Under the pieces are notes generated by a model. The model was given only the letters and a program-made list of their open reading frames with translations. It made no database searches and was not told the origin of the DNA. DNA of 47,124 nucleotides from Actinomycetota bacterium. GTDB taxonomy: Bacteria > Actinomycetota > Acidimicrobiia > Acidimicrobiales > Ilumatobacteraceae. Positions 18,892 to 27,585 of this stretch are shown here, in pieces. The stretch covers positions 1 to 47,124 of the forward strand of contig VGBY01000001.1 of the NCBI GenBank assembly GCA_016870295.1, given 5' to 3'. The translations under genes were made by a program, and so were the position numbers. Within the stretch, counting starts at the first letter, position 1. Each line of letters opens with the position of its first letter.

Positions 18892-21687
18892 TCAGGCTAC
18901 CTTCGCCGCTGCCCAACTGCTTCCCCACGACGCATTGACCACGAGCGGCACATCGAGTTTCGCCGCGCCCTCCATGGCACGTAGTACGAGGTCTCCGACC
19001 CGCTCACGCTCGGCGGGTAGCACTTCCAGAATCACTTCGTCGTGCACTTGCAGCACGAGTCGGCTGGCGAGCTCCTCGGCCTCCAGTCGCTGATCGATTG
19101 CCACGAGCGCGATCTTGAAGATGTCGGCAGCAAGCCCTTGGATACCGGCGTTCATCGCCATGCGCGCCGCAGCCGCATCAACATTGCGGTTTGTGCCGAA
19201 GCCCTCGATCTGGCGGCGACGACCAAAGAGCGTGGTGGTGAATCCGAGTTTGCGGGCGCTCGCGACCGCATCGTCCATGTATTTGCGCACCCGCGGGAAT
19301 GCCGCGAAGTAGGCATCGAGGATCTGCTTGGCCTCCCCTACGTCGATAGCGAGGCGCTGCGCGAGACCGTAGGCCTCCATGCCGTACGCGAGACCGTACG
19401 ACACCATCTTGGCTTTCGATCGCTGCTCGCTCGTCACAGCACCGACATCGACACCAAAGACCTGCGCGGCAGTTGCGCGGTGGATGTCGAGCCCGTCGTT
19501 GAACGCGCGCAGCAAACCCGGGTCTTGCGCCAGGTGGGCGATGCAACGCAACTCGATTTGGTTGTAGTCGGCCACGAGGAACTCGTATCCCGGTGTCGGC
19601 ACGAAGGCTTCGCGAAACACGCGACCGGCGTCGGTGCGTACCGGAATGTTGTGCAGGTTGGGGCGATCGCTGGAGAGCCGGCCCGTGCGCGCCACGGTTT
19701 GGTTGAAGCTGGCGTGAATCCGTCCGTCAGCGGCGACCTCGGCGAGTAGCCCTTCGGCGTACGTGGCGCGCAGCTTCTCGGTCTCGCGGTACAACAGCAG
19801 TGCATCGATGAACTCGGGCCATTCATCGCGAATCTTCTCCAACGTTGCGGCATCCGTACTGTGCTTCTTCGTCTTTGTTCTCTTGCCGCCGGTGAGCCCA
19901 CGTTCCTCGAACAAGATCTGAATCAGTTGCTTGGTGGAGTTCACGTTGAACTCGCGCCCCGCCAACTTGTGCAGCGTGGCCACCAGTGCGCGACTCTTTC
20001 CGCCGAGGTCAGCCTCGAGCGCCTGCAAGCGAGGACGATCGACGGCGATGCCGAGGTGCTCCATCTTCGCCAGCACGCGTACGAGCGGCAACTCAGTGTC
20101 TTCATAAAGCGACAGAACCTTGGACTCGCTGAGGGCCTGACGCAGCACTGGCTCTGCCATCACCGCGACTGCGGCCTGGGTGGCGGCGTCGTGCAGTGCC
20201 GTGTCGTCGAGCGAAGAGTCGAAGTTCAACTCGCCTTCGGGAGCACCTTCTGGTGCAGCCACTCTTCGACGCAGCCAGCGGCGCGCCACTGCCGTTGCGT
20301 CGTAGGTGCCCGTCTCTGCTTCAGCGAGGTAGGCGGCGATCGCACTATCGAAGGCCAGATGCCGTACGTCGATGCCGAGCGCGAGTAGTGAGCGCAGCAT
20401 GTTGCGCGCATCATTCGCCACGAACGAAGCACCGCTGGCGAGAGCCTTCACGAATTTCGCATCGTGCAAAACGCTGGCGTCGATGGCCGTGCACGACACA
20501 GCACCAAGTGGATCGTCAGTGCCGCCTCTGTCCTTGGTGACATCACCGCGACAAGTGACGAGCGCGATGATCTCGCTACGCCCCGGTTCGCCGCGCCATG
20601 CAGCAGCCAGCCCGATGTGCCCGTTGCTGGCGGTGATCGCAGTAACGGCGTCGGGCACCGTGTGCACTCGCTGCACGACACACCGGAGCAGATCGCCCTG
20701 CGTCGCGAGATCGTCAAACATCGTGGAATCACCTTGCGTCGCTGAATCGCTCTGTGTCACGGCATCTTTCTGCACTTCCGCCTCTTCGGCAGCCGTTGTA
20801 GTGCTGGCAGATGGGGCGGCGAATCGCGAGAGCAACGGTTTCCAGCGGTTCAGCATCGTGGAGAACTCCAACCGTGTGAACTGCCGCCCGAGCGCGGCAA
20901 GATCCGGTCGCGGAGTCAACGCCTCACGCGGCACCTCGACGGGCACGTCGCGTACGAGCCGCATCAACACCGCATTACGCATCACCCGCTCACGAGAGGC
21001 ATGAAGTGCCTCTTTCAGTTTGGGAGTCTGCTCGTCGGCGTGATCGAACACGTTCGTCAAATCTCCGTAGGCGGTAATCAACTTGGCAGCGGTCTTCTCC
21101 CCCACGCCGGGCACACCATCGAGGTTGTCGCTCGGGTCTCCGCGCAGTGCGGCGTAGTCGGGATACTGCGCCGGCGTCACACCGGTGCGTTCTTTGATTC
21201 CGGCTTCGTCGTAGAGCGCGTAGTCCGAGACGCCGCGCTTGTTGTAGATCACACGCACCTGCGGATCGCGCACCAATTGGTAGGAGTCGCGGTCGCCCGT
21301 GACGATGAGCAAGCGGTCTTCCGACGCCAGGCGATTCGCAATGGTCGCAATGATGTCGTCACCCTCGTAGCCCGCGCAGTCAACGACCAAGACCCCTGCA
21401 GCAGCAAGCACCTGCTTGATGACATCCATTTGCGCGTACAGCGTGTCGGGTTGCTTCTCGCGCTGCGCCTTGTACTCCGGCGCCTGCTCATGGCGGAACG
21501 TTTTCTCCTTGCGATCAAACACGACGACGATCCCGTCAGGTTCATGATCCTTCAGCAACGTGGCGAACATCGAACAGAAACCGAACACCGCATTGGTCAC
21601 CTCGCCATCGACGGTGGTCATCGTGTCGGGCAGCGCAAAGAATGCTCGGTAGGCCAACGAGTTGCCGTCGAGGGCCATCACCTTCAT
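18892..21687 (-). CDS. polA: DNA polymerase I (5'-3' exonuclease, degenerate 3'-5' exonuclease-like domain and polymerase domain)
   Basis: N-terminal FEN-like domain (LDGNSLAYRAFFAL, GDRDSYQL). Pol A motifs DYNQIELRCIAH, RSKAKMVSYGLAYG and QVHDEVILE. The DTET-type ExoI motif is not recognisable, as in other actinobacterial PolA proteins. Confidence 0.96.
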   Translation of the reverse strand: MKVMALDGNSLAYRAFFALPDTMTTVDGEVTNAVFGFCSMFATLLKDHEPDGIVVVFDRKEKTFRHEQAPEYKAQREKQPDTLYAQMDVIKQVLAAAGVLVVDCAGYEGDDIIATIANRLASEDRLLIVTGDRDSYQLVRDPQVRVIYNKRGVSDYALYDEAGIKERTGVTPAQYPDYAALRGDPSDNLDGVPGVGEKTAAKLITAYGDLTNVFDHADEQTPKLKEALHASRERVMRNAVLMRLVRDVPVEVPREALTPRPDLAALGRQFTRLEFSTMLNRWKPLLSRFAAPSASTTTAAEEAEVQKDAVTQSDSATQGDSTMFDDLATQGDLLRCVVQRVHTVPDAVTAITASNGHIGLAAAWRGEPGRSEIIALVTCRGDVTKDRGGTDDPLGAVSCTAIDASVLHDAKFVKALASGASFVANDARNMLRSLLALGIDVRHLAFDSAIAAYLAEAETGTYDATAVARRWLRRRVAAPEGAPEGELNFDSSLDDTALHDAATQAAVAVMAEPVLRQALSESKVLSLYEDTELPLVRVLAKMEHLGIAVDRPRLQALEADLGGKSRALVATLHKLAGREFNVNSTKQLIQILFEERGLTGGKRTKTKKHSTDAATLEKIRDEWPEFIDALLLYRETEKLRATYAEGLLAEVAADGRIHASFNQTVARTGRLSSDRPNLHNIPVRTDAGRVFREAFVPTPGYEFLVADYNQIELRCIAHLAQDPGLLRAFNDGLDIHRATAAQVFGVDVGAVTSEQRSKAKMVSYGLAYGMEAYGLAQRLAIDVGEAKQILDAYFAAFPRVRKYMDDAVASARKLGFTTTLFGRRRQIEGFGTNRNVDAAAARMAMNAGIQGLAADIFKIALVAIDQRLEAEELASRLVLQVHDEVILEVLPAERERVGDLVLRAMEGAAKLDVPLVVNASWGSSWAAAKVA

Positions 21688-21714
21688 GTGGACACCGTCG
21701 TCACTACGTCGTGG

Positions 21715-22293
21715 TCATGCAGTGGGTGCTGTCTCGCCCTTCAGCACCGACTCGGCGACGGCGCGCATCGTGGTGCGCTGACTCATTGCACTCTTCTGGA
21801 TGAATGCGAATGCCTCCGACTCCTTCATGCCGTGTGCGTCGATGAGTCGACCCTTGGCTCGGTCGATGACCTTTCGTACCTCGAGTCGTTCCGTGAGTTC
21901 GCCAACTTCGGCGATCAGCGCCTTGGTCTCCGCATAGCGGGCGATCGCGAGTTCTATGGCTGGTACGAGGTCGGACTTTTGAAACGGCTTCACGAGATAC
22001 GCGACCGCACCTGCATCGCGGGCCTGCTCTACCACCTCGCGTTGACTGAAGGCCGTCAGCATCAATACCGCGCACACGCCATCGGCGGTGATGTGGCGGG
22101 CCGCCTCGATGCCGTCCATGCCCGGCATCTTCACGTCGAGAATGACGAGGTCGGGACGCAACGAACGAACGAGTTCGACCGCCTGGTCACCACGACCGGC
22201 CTCACCGACCACCTGGTAGCCCTCCTCTTCCAGCAGTTCACGCAAATCCAAGCGAATGATCGCCTCGTCCTCGGCGATGACGATCGTGGTCAC
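21715..22293 (-). CDS. pdtaR: ANTAR-domain response regulator (PdtaR-like RNA-binding antiterminator)
   Basis: REC domain (IAEDE...DLVILDVKMPGMDG...LTAF...YLVKP) followed by an ANTAR helix bundle (IDRAKGRLIDAHGMKESEAFAFIQKSAMSQRTTMRAVAESV). GTG start. No cognate kinase is adjacent. Confidence 0.88.
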   Translation of the reverse strand: MTTIVIAEDEAIIRLDLRELLEEEGYQVVGEAGRGDQAVELVRSLRPDLVILDVKMPGMDGIEAARHITADGVCAVLMLTAFSQREVVEQARDAGAVAYLVKPFQKSDLVPAIELAIARYAETKALIAEVGELTERLEVRKVIDRAKGRLIDAHGMKESEAFAFIQKSAMSQRTTMRAVAESVLKGETAPTA

Positions 22294-22319
22294 GAGACGA
22301 CTCTAGAACTTGGTGCGCG

Positions 22320-22646
22320 CTACGAGAGGGGTCGTTCGAATTTTGCGAGTGCGTCGAGGAGCGCGTCTTGCTCGGCTTCTAGTTCGGCGATTCGAGATTC
22401 GAGATGCGTCCTATGCCGTTGAATGGCGACGAAGTGTCCCTGACTCTCGCGATGCACCGCTTCGGCACTCGGAGTCTCCGACACGATGGCCCGCAACTCA
22501 GCGTCGGCAGCGTCGTCATGCATCACTTCGTAGTGTTCGCGTGTCACGCGCATGTCCTCGCGCAGTTCTTTCAGCGTTGCGGTGCACCGCGTCAGGCGGT
22601 GGCGGGTCAGTCGTTCGCTGATACCCATCGGTAACTGCACGCTCAT
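22320..22646 (-). CDS. Hypothetical small coiled-coil protein (about 108 aa; alternative ATG at 22628)
   Basis: The ORF-track N-terminus (22647-22754) overlaps a tRNA gene, so I trimmed it to the first ATG downstream of the tRNA. The C-terminal heptad-like segment is HLESRIAELEAEQDALLDALAKF. I recognise no family. It is co-oriented with pdtaR and lies 26 nt upstream of it. Confidence 0.5.
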   Translation of the reverse strand: MSVQLPMGISERLTRHRLTRCTATLKELREDMRVTREHYEVMHDDAADAELRAIVSETPSAEAVHRESQGHFVAIQRHRTHLESRIAELEAEQDALLDALAKFERPLS

Positions 22647-22673
22647 CGGGCACCTCATCCTACGAGTCAACGT

Positions 22674-22760
22674 TGGTGCCCGAGGTGGGAGTCGAACCCA
22701 CACGCCCTTACCAGGCAACGGATTTTGAGTCCGTCGCGTCTGCCATTTCGCCACTCGGGC
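22674..22760 (-). tRNA. tRNA-Leu (anticodon CAA), class II, with encoded CCA
   Basis: The reverse complement reads GCCCGAGTGGCGAAATGGCAGACGCGACGGACTCAAAATCCGTTGCCTGGTAAGGGCGTGTGGGTTCGACTCCCACCTCGGGCACCA. Acceptor is GCCCGAG/CTCGGGC, the anticodon loop is CTCAAAA, there is a long variable arm, and the T-arm is GTGGG-TTCGACT-CCCAC. Confidence 0.92.
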
Positions 22761-22830
22761 AACGCCGTGTCAGGCTACTGCTGCTCGTAACCTGAGAAGA
22801 GCACGCTTTGCCGCCGAGGAGGTTGTTTCG

Positions 22831-24006
22831 TTGCTTGCGTTCTTGTTCCCCGGTCAAGGCTCGCAGCGCCCCGGCATGGGTCGTCCGTGGGTCGGCCACG
22901 AGAGTTGGGAACTCGTCGACGAAGCTTCCGCCATTGCCGGTCGCGACATCGGGCGACTCCTGCTCGACGCTGACGCCGATGAATTGAAAGATACGCGCAA
23001 CGCCCAACTCGCGACGTTCGTCAGCAGCCTGATGGTGCTCGATGCCGTCGAGCGACTCGGCATTGAGCCGAGTGTGTGCGCCGGTCACAGTCTCGGCGAA
23101 TACACCGCACTCACAGCGAACGGATCACTCGGCTTCGACGACGGTGTCCGGCTCGTGCTCGAACGCGGCGACGCCATGCATGCAGCTGGTACGTCGTCAC
23201 CTGGAGTCATGTCGGCCGTGCTGGGTCTCGACGATGATCAGGTGGAAGTCGCCTGCCGACGCGCTGACGACCAAGTGTGGGTCGCCAATTTCAACGCTCC
23301 TGGGCAGGTGGTGATTGCCGGCTCTCCTGACGGTGTGCAGAAGGCGTCCCAGCACGCCAAGGATCTCGGCGCCAAACGCGTCATGTCGTTGCCGGTGTCG
23401 GGTGCCTTCCATACACCGTTCATGAACGCAGCCCGCGACCGTTTGCGTGCCGCCATCTCCGCCGCCAAGCCGCGCGACTCCGATGTTCCGATCGTGTCCA
23501 ACGTTGATGCACTTGCACACCGCGAAGGTGACGAGTGGGCTTCTCTCTTGTCGGCACAGTTGTGCAGTCCGGTTCGGTGGAAACATTCCTTGCTCGAACT
23601 CTCCCGCCAAGGAGTCGCCGGTTACGCCGAACTCGGGCCGGGAGGCGTGCTCACCGGAATGGTGAAGAGAACCATCGAGGGCTCGCGCAGCATCAGTGTG
23701 GCGACCCCCGACGAACTCGACGCCCTCCTTGAATGGGTGAGCACGGTCGCTCCGGCGACGACGGCGCCACATGAAGGAGAACATCTCTTCGTCGTCGAAC
23801 GTCTCGTGGTGGCACCTGCGGCCGGCGTCTTTACCCCACAGGATGGACTCAACGATGGTGTACGGATCGAGGTGGGCACGGTGCTCGGTCGCGTCGGGGA
23901 CGTCGAGGTTCGCTCCCCCTTCGCCGGCATCCTGCAGAACTTCATCGCCCATAATGGAGAGCGACTCGCAATGCGCGAGCCTGTCGCATGGTTACGGACT
24001 CACTGA
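22831..24006 (+). CDS. fabD: Malonyl-CoA:ACP transacylase fused to a C-terminal lysine-free biotinyl/lipoyl-like domain
   Basis: TTG start preceded by a gaggagg SD. FabD motifs FLFPGQGSQ, GHSLGEY (active Ser), NFNAPGQVVIAG and SGAFHTP fall within about aa 1-303. aa 304-391 form an extra linker plus a hybrid-barrel-like segment (VVAPAAGVF...IEVGTVLGRV...VRSPFAGIL...NGERL...PVAWL). Confidence 0.9.
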   Translation: MLAFLFPGQGSQRPGMGRPWVGHESWELVDEASAIAGRDIGRLLLDADADELKDTRNAQLATFVSSLMVLDAVERLGIEPSVCAGHSLGEYTALTANGSLGFDDGVRLVLERGDAMHAAGTSSPGVMSAVLGLDDDQVEVACRRADDQVWVANFNAPGQVVIAGSPDGVQKASQHAKDLGAKRVMSLPVSGAFHTPFMNAARDRLRAAISAAKPRDSDVPIVSNVDALAHREGDEWASLLSAQLCSPVRWKHSLLELSRQGVAGYAELGPGGVLTGMVKRTIEGSRSISVATPDELDALLEWVSTVAPATTAPHEGEHLFVVERLVVAPAAGVFTPQDGLNDGVRIEVGTVLGRVGDVEVRSPFAGILQNFIAHNGERLAMREPVAWLRTH

Positions 24007-24935
24007 TGACCGGTAGTCGCATCATCGGTTGGGGCACGGCGCTGCCGGAGAAGGTGCTCACCAACGACGAGCTCTCGTCGATGATGGACACCAACGACGA
24101 GTGGATCACCGAGCGCACGGGTATCAAGCGTCGCCATGTCGGCGGTAGCACCGCATCGCTCTCGATCGAGTCCGCCCAGCGTGCCATCAGCATGGCGGGT
24201 GTCGATCCGGCTTCGATCGACGGTCTCGTGCTGTCGACCACCACGCCGGATCGAACGGTGCCGGCCACTTCTGCCGCAGTGCAGAACGCGCTCGGTTTGC
24301 GTTGTGGGGCATTCGACGTGAACGCCGCTTGCTCCGGTTTCGTCTATGCCTACGTCGTCGCCAATGGCCTGATCGCCATCGGAGCCAAACGGTTGCTCGT
24401 CATCGGCACCGACACGTTGTCACGAATCACCGATTGGTCCGATCGCGGCACGGCGATTCTCTTTGCCGACGGATCGGGTGCAGCCGTCGTCGAAGCGACG
24501 AGCGATGCCGGACAAATGCTGGGGTGGGATCTCGACGCTGATGGCTCACTCGAGCACCTGCTGTACGCCGAGGTTGGCGGCTACATCCACATGGATGGCA
24601 AGGAGGTCTTCCGTCGCGCCGTGCGCATCATGGTGGATTCCGCCAAGAAGTCGCTGGCGAAAGCCGGGCTCACGACGAGTGATGTGGCGTTGTGCGTGCC
24701 GCACCAGGCGAACTACCGCATCATCGACGCGGCGTGCCGCCAGCTCGACATCCCGCTCGACAAGACGGCGATCGTGTTGCACGAAACCGGCAACACTTCG
24801 TCCGCCTCGATTCCGCTCGCGTTGTTCGACGCTGCCGACAAAGGTCGCTTGCGCAATGGCGACATCGTGCTGATGGTGGGGTTCGGTGCGGGAATGACGG
24901 CTGCCAGCGCAGTCATTGAATGGCGACAGCCATGA
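24006..24935 (+). CDS. fabH: 3-oxoacyl-ACP synthase III
   Basis: Catalytic triad contexts NAACSGF, PHQANYRI and GNTSSASIP. The ATG at 24006 overlaps the fabD TGA (TGATG). An in-frame upstream ATG at 23988 is the alternative start. Confidence 0.92.
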   Translation: MTGSRIIGWGTALPEKVLTNDELSSMMDTNDEWITERTGIKRRHVGGSTASLSIESAQRAISMAGVDPASIDGLVLSTTTPDRTVPATSAAVQNALGLRCGAFDVNAACSGFVYAYVVANGLIAIGAKRLLVIGTDTLSRITDWSDRGTAILFADGSGAAVVEATSDAGQMLGWDLDADGSLEHLLYAEVGGYIHMDGKEVFRRAVRIMVDSAKKSLAKAGLTTSDVALCVPHQANYRIIDAACRQLDIPLDKTAIVLHETGNTSSASIPLALFDAADKGRLRNGDIVLMVGFGAGMTAASAVIEWRQP

Positions 24936-25645
24936 CCGCCAACGGACGGGTCGTACTCGTGACGGGCGGCAGTCGTGGCATCGGCTTGGCGACTGCCCAG
25001 CGCTTCGCGGCACTTGGCGACAAGGTGGCGATCACCTACAACACCACGAAACCAAGCGAAGACTTCTTGGCGGTGCAATGCGACGTAACGAAGCAAGGTG
25101 ACGTCGACCGAGCGTTCGACGAAGTAGAACAGAAACTTGGGCCCGTCGAAGTGCTCGTCTCCAACGCCGGCATCACCAAAGACGGGTTGTTGTTGCGGAT
25201 GAAGGAAACCGACTTTGCCGAGGTGATTGACGCCAACCTCACGGGCACCTATCGCGTGTGCAAGCGCGCCACGCAGTCGATGTTGCGCGCTCGCAAGGGG
25301 CGGATGATCCTCGTATCAAGCGTCGTCGGACTACTCGGACAAGCCGGGCAAGCCAACTACGCGGCATCAAAGGCCGGACTCGTCGGCTTCGCGCGTTCGT
25401 TGGCGCGCGAACTCGGCAGTCGCAGCATCACCGTGAACGTCGTGGCACCGGGCCCGGTCGACACCGACATGACCAAGGCCTTGGGCGACGAGAAGCTGGC
25501 GGCGTTCGCCGAGCTCGTGCCACTCGGGCGCATTGCCACGCCCGCTGAGATTGCCGGGGTCATCGCGTTTCTGGCATCTGATGATGCGTCGTACATCACG
25601 GGGGCCGTCATCCCTGTCGACGGCGGGCTGGGGATGGGCCACTAA
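24920..25645 (+). CDS. fabG: 3-oxoacyl-ACP reductase (SDR family)
   Basis: VTGGSRGIG cofactor motif, NAG, and the catalytic S...YAASK motif. 241 aa. An alternative ATG at 24932 forms an ATGA overlap with the fabH stop. Confidence 0.88.
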   Translation: MATAMTANGRVVLVTGGSRGIGLATAQRFAALGDKVAITYNTTKPSEDFLAVQCDVTKQGDVDRAFDEVEQKLGPVEVLVSNAGITKDGLLLRMKETDFAEVIDANLTGTYRVCKRATQSMLRARKGRMILVSSVVGLLGQAGQANYAASKAGLVGFARSLARELGSRSITVNVVAPGPVDTDMTKALGDEKLAAFAELVPLGRIATPAEIAGVIAFLASDDASYITGAVIPVDGGLGMGH

Positions 25646-25712
25646 ACGGCGACACGGGTCTCTCGGCGGTAGAGCCCACTACGAGTAGAGTTGACGCGAA
25701 CAGGAGGTCCTC

Positions 25713-25952
25713 GTGAGCCAAGAACTTTTTGATCGTTTCACCAAGTGCGCAGTCAGCATGCTGGCGGTTGACGCAGCCAAGGTCACCCGCGACGCCCGCT
25801 TCAAGGAAGACCTCGAAGCCGACAGCCTCGACCTCGTCGAGTTCGTGATGGAACTGGAGTCGGAGTTCGGCATCGAAGTGCCTGAGCAGGAACTAGAAGG
25901 CATCACCACCGTCGGTCAGGCCTTCGACCTCATCGCGGCAAAAGCGAAGTAA
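25713..25952 (+). CDS. acpP: Acyl carrier protein
   Basis: 79 aa. Phosphopantetheine attachment motif LEADSLDLVE. GTG start with an aggagg SD 8-10 nt upstream. Confidence 0.92.
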   Translation: MSQELFDRFTKCAVSMLAVDAAKVTRDARFKEDLEADSLDLVEFVMELESEFGIEVPEQELEGITTVGQAFDLIAAKAK

Positions 25953-25960
25953 CGCTCCCC

Positions 25961-27145
25961 ATGCAGGGAGCAGGTCATCGCGTAGCCATTACCGGCTACG
26001 GAGTGCTCGCCCCGTGTGGCATCGGTAAGCAAGCTTTCTGGGAGGGGTTGCTCGGACCAGGAATCAACGGCGCCAAGACCGTCGAGATCGCCAATTGGGA
26101 TCCGCAGCCCTACTTCGCCAACCCGAAAGAGGCGCGCCGTTCGGACCGAGTCGAACAATTCGCACTCGCCGCCGCCGCCGAAGCCTTCGCCCAAAGTGGT
26201 GAGTTGCCCTACGACCACGCGCGGATAGGCAGCATCTTCGGCACGGGCATCGGCGGCTTGCGCACGCTCGAAGAACAGGTCATCACCCGAATGGAGAAGG
26301 GCGAGCGCCGAGTGTCGCCGTTCCTCGTTCCGATGATGATGGCGAATGCGTGCGGAGCAGCGATCTCGATGCGCTACTCGTTACGAGGACCCGCTGAGAC
26401 CATTTGCACGGCCTGCGCCGCCGCCACGCACGCAATTGGCTACGCGGCACGACTCGTGGCGTGGGGACGCTGCGATGCAGTCGTCACTGGCGGGGCCGAG
26501 TCGGCGGTAACCATCACGGCGGTTGCCGGCTTTGCCAACATGACGGCGCTCTCCACCACTGGTTGCAGCAAACCCTTCGATGCCTCACGCGATGGCTTCG
26601 TGTTCGGCGAAGGTGCGGCGGTGTTCGTACTCGAGCGTTACGACCTCGCGGTCGCACGTGGAGCAACGATCATTGGCGAAGTGCTCGGCGCCGGCAGCAA
26701 CGCCGACGCCCACCACATCACTGCCCCATCGCCGGGTGGTGTCGGAGCCATGGCGTGCATGCAGCAGGCGCTCGATGACGCTGGTCTCAGCGTGCGCGAC
26801 ATCAAACAGATCAACGCCCATGGCACGTCGACGCCGCTCAACGACCGGGCCGAGTCGGAGGCGGTTGCCACACTGTTCGGCACACCAACTCCGCCGGTGA
26901 CGTCAATCAAGGGTGTCACCGGGCATCCACTCGGTGCCGCTGGCGCGCTGGAGGCAGCTGCCGTCTTGTTGTCGTTCGAACACGGGTTGATTCCGCCCAC
27001 GGCCAATACCACCGCGCTCGGTGACGACATCACGTGCGATGTTGTGTTCGGTGCACCGCGGCCGTGGACACCAGGACCGACGATTTCCAACAACTTCGGT
27101 TTCGGTGGACACAATGGCTCGGTGATCCTGAGCCCTGCTCAGTAG
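25961..27145 (+). CDS. fabF: 3-oxoacyl-ACP synthase II
   Basis: Active-site contexts CTACAAATHAIG (Cys), NAHGTSTP (His) and GVTGHPLGAAG (His). C-terminal NNFGFGGHN. Confidence 0.92.
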   Translation: MQGAGHRVAITGYGVLAPCGIGKQAFWEGLLGPGINGAKTVEIANWDPQPYFANPKEARRSDRVEQFALAAAAEAFAQSGELPYDHARIGSIFGTGIGGLRTLEEQVITRMEKGERRVSPFLVPMMMANACGAAISMRYSLRGPAETICTACAAATHAIGYAARLVAWGRCDAVVTGGAESAVTITAVAGFANMTALSTTGCSKPFDASRDGFVFGEGAAVFVLERYDLAVARGATIIGEVLGAGSNADAHHITAPSPGGVGAMACMQQALDDAGLSVRDIKQINAHGTSTPLNDRAESEAVATLFGTPTPPVTSIKGVTGHPLGAAGALEAAAVLLSFEHGLIPPTANTTALGDDITCDVVFGAPRPWTPGPTISNNFGFGGHNGSVILSPAQ

Positions 27146-27156
27146 GTCCGCTACTG
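27140..27156. terminator. Short hairpin spanning the convergent fabF and fabZ stop codons
   Basis: cagtag-gtccg-ctactg, a 6-bp stem with a 5-nt loop. Only 5 nt separate the two convergent stops. This is a weak structure with no U-tract. Confidence 0.25.
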
Positions 27157-27582
27157 CGCAGAGACAAGCACGAACATCAGCTCGCATTCGCAGGCGATCT
27201 CGCCGTTGACGCTCGCCGTGCCGCCACCTTTACCGGCGCGCGCGCTCATGCGACCCAACTCCACGCTGATCACGAGTTCGTCACTTGGCACGACCTGACG
27301 TCGGAAGCGTGCCGAATCAAGACCACCGAACAGCGGTAACTTTCCCGCCCGGGTGGGATCGCTGAGTAACGCGTACGCGCCGACCTGGGCAATTGCTTCG
27401 CACATCAACACGCCTGGCAACGTCGGGCGACCGGGAAAGTGCCCGGGAAAGAACCACTCGTCCCCGCGCAACTTCCAGCGCCCCACCGCACGCGAACCTA
27501 CCGTCAACTCGTCGATGACATCAACGAACAAGAACGGCGCCCGATGCGGTAGCACCTCAGCAGGCGCGGCAAATAAAGTCAT
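27151..27582 (-). CDS. fabZ: 3-hydroxyacyl-ACP dehydratase FabZ
   Basis: Hot-dog fold motifs LPHRAPFLFVD and FPGHFPGRPTLPGVLMCEAIAQ. 143 aa. Confidence 0.9.
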   Translation of the reverse strand: MTLFAAPAEVLPHRAPFLFVDVIDELTVGSRAVGRWKLRGDEWFFPGHFPGRPTLPGVLMCEAIAQVGAYALLSDPTRAGKLPLFGGLDSARFRRQVVPSDELVISVELGRMSARAGKGGGTASVNGEIACECELMFVLVSAQ

Positions 27583-27585
27583 GGC

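Noticed and set aside
22647-22754. The N-terminal 36 codons of the 144-aa ORF 22320-22754.
   Set aside because: This segment overlaps the well-formed tRNA-Leu(CAA) gene at 22674-22760 on the same strand. I trimmed the CDS to the first ATG downstream of the tRNA.
22674-22830. tRNA-Leu as an integration hotspot, with the fab cluster or the upstream genes as a tRNA-linked genomic island.
   Set aside because: There is no integrase, no direct repeat of the tRNA 3' end that I could find, and no compositional shift by eye. Both flanks carry core housekeeping genes in conserved synteny.
23771-24016. The possibility that the biotinyl-like tail of FabD is a separate small gene. An AAGGAG-like SD lies at 23773-23778, and there is an 81-aa alternative-frame ORF.
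   Set aside because: The alternative-frame ORF translates to Ser/Arg/Trp-rich nonsense. In the FabD frame there is no ATG, GTG or TTG within a sensible distance of the SD-like sequence, and the FabD frame stays open throughout. I therefore call it a fusion, while flagging that resequencing could check this.
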